Of a stretch of 64,000 bases of DNA, positions 60,654-64,000 are shown one piece after another (within the stretch, counting starts at the first letter, position 1; every line of letters starts with the position of its first letter). The stretch lies in NCBI RefSeq assembly GCF_009914755.1, contig NC_060941.1, one strand, 5' to 3'. The position numbers and the translations under genes were made by a program. The notes under the pieces were generated by a model. That model was not told the origin of the DNA. It saw nothing but the letters and a program-made list of their open reading frames with translations, and made no database searches. This DNA is from the human T2T-CHM13v2.0 reference genome, Homo sapiens.

Positions 60654-63600
60654 TTAGGTTATGCAAAACTGGACGTGGCCAGACCAAGGAAGCCTTGCCT
60701 GGGATTGAGATCCCAGAGCAACATGTGGAAGGACAGCTGGGCATGGGGGTGGAGGACAGTTTCTCAAAGAGCCATCTAATATAATGAGGAGGAGGGGCGG
60801 GATGAAGCTGAAAACCCTCCAAACTGGAATCTCTCAGCCTCCAGCCCAAAAGTTTCTACCTAGACTCCATGACCACAGGCAGGAAAGTCCTGGCCCTCAC
60901 TGTCTCCAGTGACCTTGGCACCTGAGTAAGCTCCATGTGTGGAGCTGGGCTAGGCCCTGGGAACGTAACCCACTATCCCTGCACGGGACTGTCAAGCAGC
61001 ATGGTGCCTGGCCTGGTGTGGACCGTCAGGACCACGTGTTCAACTGAAATTCTGCAGGGAATCAGTCCCTTAGGTCTCCGGCCAAACAAAAAGGCCGGAA
61101 AAGGCTCTGAGGGTGGTCTGCTGGTCAGCACTGAAAACTGGCTGCAAGTGGCCAAGGCCACCATCTCTGGCCCTACAGTGACTATGCAACTCTCAGATTT
61201 TCCATCATGGCCCCATTTTCAAATGTTTGGTACTTTTGTCAAACTATGCTGAACAACTGGTCCTGATCGCCAATCTGGAAAACAGGCAGTGTGCCCAGGC
61301 CCCCACACCCACAAAGAAAAACATTTTTAAAAGGTCCATGATGGTCAGACTGAATTGTGTGTCATCACTGTTGGGGCACTGGCTTGGGAAAACAGGGAGG
61401 ATAGTACACAGGTAGGGGAAAGACACAGGAAGAGAAGTCTTCCCAGTGAGCATGCCCACCTTCACCTCTGGCCTTCCTCATACTCCGTGTGGTTTGTCAA
61501 GACTTAAGCTTTTTTTTTTTTTTCTAAAGGGTAAGTTGGGGCTAAAGAAAAAAATATCCTATCATAGAAGCTTCCCCATCTTACCTGGGGAATGCAGAGG
61601 GAATGGGGCTGGGGATGAGTAGAATGGGGGGCTGGGCTAGGCAGGACAGGTACCCAGAGTCCTGTCCGTCAGCAGGATGAGACCAACAGGGGAACTTTGC
61701 TCAAACAGTCATTCCAGCTGTGATGAGACCACTTCCTCCCTCCAGAAAAATACACGAAGACTCAAAGGTTTGCACAGCAAGAAGGGAAAGGGGTAACTGC
61801 AGCCACCGGCATGTACTGCCCTCACCCACCCTGGCCTGGGCCCAGCCACTAGAAGTGGGCAACACAAAGCAATCGGTGGCCAGCTCTAGTTTACCAACTG
61901 ACCTGGTCATCTCTCCCGTTGCTCAAAACATGCAGCATCTCCAAAGCACTTCTTCCCCAATTACCATGTTCACACATCCTCCTCCCAAAAACAACCAATA
62001 TCACAAATAACATATATCCGCACGCTTCCTCTTTCCTTGCCCCAAATATTTGGGTAACCCAGTTCTCCATGTCTGACTGTAAATGGCCTGAGGACAATCC
62101 TTTGTAACCACCTAAGAGTTTAAAACACAACGAGGAAGGAGATACTAGGATGAGATTGTTGGCACTACTGGGCTATATTCAAGAACTGAGAGCTTTTCGC
62201 TCCATCTTCTACTCTGTGAAGAAGCCTCAAGATAGCATGCCCGGCTATCTAGACAGCAGGTGTCCCAGGCTTGCTGCCTAGATCTGAAGCTGGCTTGCAA
62301 TGGGCAGGGCCCTGGTCTCCTCTCAGGGATTCAGAGGAAGGAGCTGCTTAGCCTGAACCATAACTGCAGCTGCTGACCTCATTGCAAGGCATGCCCTGGG
62401 AATGCCAGGGCTGCTGGCTCTTGGTGGAGGGAGGTTAGGCAAGTAGGACAGTAGTAGTGAGTGCCCACCAGTGAGGGAGGATGAAGCAGAAAATAACTAC
62501 TATATTGGTATGACTAGAAGAGAAAGGGCAAAAGGTAAGGGCAGCGGTAGGAACAGCCCCACCCTCAGCTTAGGGCAATTGGGAAAAGGTTCTGGCATCA
62601 GTCTTTTTTTTTTTTTTTTTTTTGACACAGAGTCTCGCTCTGTTGCCAGGCTGGAGTGCAGTGGCATGATCTCGGTTTACTGCAACCTCTGCCTCCGGGT
62701 TCAAGCGATTCTCCTGTCTCAGTCTCCCGAGTAGCTGGGACTACAGATGTGAGTCACCATGCCCAGCTAATTTTTGTATTTTTAGTAGAGATGGGGTTTC
62801 ACCATGTTGGCCAGGATGGTCTCGACCTCCTGACCTTGTGATCTGCCCACCTCGGCCTCCCAAAGTGCTGGGATTACAGGCGTGAGCCACCATGCCTGGC
62901 CATATTAGTCCATTTTTAACAGCTTAAAAGCTTTCAAGGACTTTGGTAGATCCTGCCACCCTCCCTTCCCTCTTCCCCTCTCCAGACACCTTCATGTCTT
63001 CCCAGTCAAACCTCTCCTTCCTCTCCAGTCCTTTCTGGGTGATATCCCAGTACTCAATAGGAAAGGAACACCAGTTACTTAGGAATATGTCAGGTGAGCC
63101 TCAGACCTCCACAGTGTAATACCAGTGTTGAAGAGGGTAGCTTGGACCAGGCCCGGGGGCTTAAGCAGGAATTTGAATGGAGCCCAAAACCTAGAAGCAG
63201 CAAATTCCCAGAAGACCAGGAATGAAAGATGGGTAGAGTGCATATTTTGGTTTGGATGCCTAGGTTGATCAGCATTCTCCACCTCCTGACTGCGGCCACA
63301 ATATTGACAGGTTGCTAAGAGTTCCTCGAGGGCTGGAGCCCATCCCAGGGAAAGAGGAAAGCTGCATGGCTTGGCCTTGCCAGACCCACGGAGGCTCATC
63401 GCTGACCTCTGTCTTGCTGTGGCAAGAAGCCCAGACTTGTTATATAAAAGATCTGGCCTACAGCTGGAGCCTGAGCAAAAACACACAGCCTAGGGCCCAT
63501 GCCTCTAAACTCAGCCAGGGAACATCTGAGGCCAACCCTGCCTTCAGTTGACAAAGAGAAAGCTATCTGAGGAGTGGGATGGTGACTTCCTAGAAGGCTG

Positions 63601-64000
63601 AAAGCAGGAAATGACAGAGGCAGAAATAGGTGGGCTACACAGAAGCCTGCCATCTGACAAACAGGGATGCAATAATGAGCTTACACACTCAAAGGAATCT
63701 CAAGTCCTGTTCCTCCAGGAAGCCCTCCTTGACTACAAACATATTTGAACTAAGCACTCCTATCAAAAGACAAAGTTATGTGTGCTCCCAGGCCTGTGAG
63801 GAGGAAGCATAATTTATCCTACTTGCCTTTTCCAAAGGATAAAGGGAATGGCAGTGCCCAGGGCTCCCAGGAAGGAAGCCTACTCTCTCTCCTTCCTGGA
63901 GGGTATTCTCCTTTCACAGTCTATTTGTAGATCCAAAGAGGGCCATGATTTTAACTGCAGCAAATTCTTGTTGATTCAAGGTGGGGTATTCCCATGAGAA

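Overview
This is Alu-dense primate genomic DNA, most likely human 17q21.33. Three protein-coding genes lie on the minus strand. (1) The CpG-island promoter, non-coding first exon (~11044-11270) and start of intron 1 of a gene I call SPOP. That call rests on known synteny, because no SPOP coding exon is in the window. (2) The complete 9-exon SLC35B1 (AXER, ER ATP/ADP exchanger). I reconstructed its CDS as 969 nt = 322 aa, with an in-frame upstream ATG that would give 359 aa. (3) The last six coding exons and 3'UTR of FAM117A. The rest is mostly Alu, L1, L2, MIR, MER and MLT repeats, and most ORFs in the supplied track are repeat-derived artefacts. I see no convincing wholly new biological system. 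The best leads are an ERSE + CRE-like + uORF arrangement upstream of SLC35B1, two transposon-derived candidate cassette exons in the SPOP 5'UTR, a ~400-bp templated local duplication inserted into an L2, an Alu carrying a fold-back inversion, and a repeat-free candidate enhancer. Repeat family names and boundaries were assigned by eye and are approximate.
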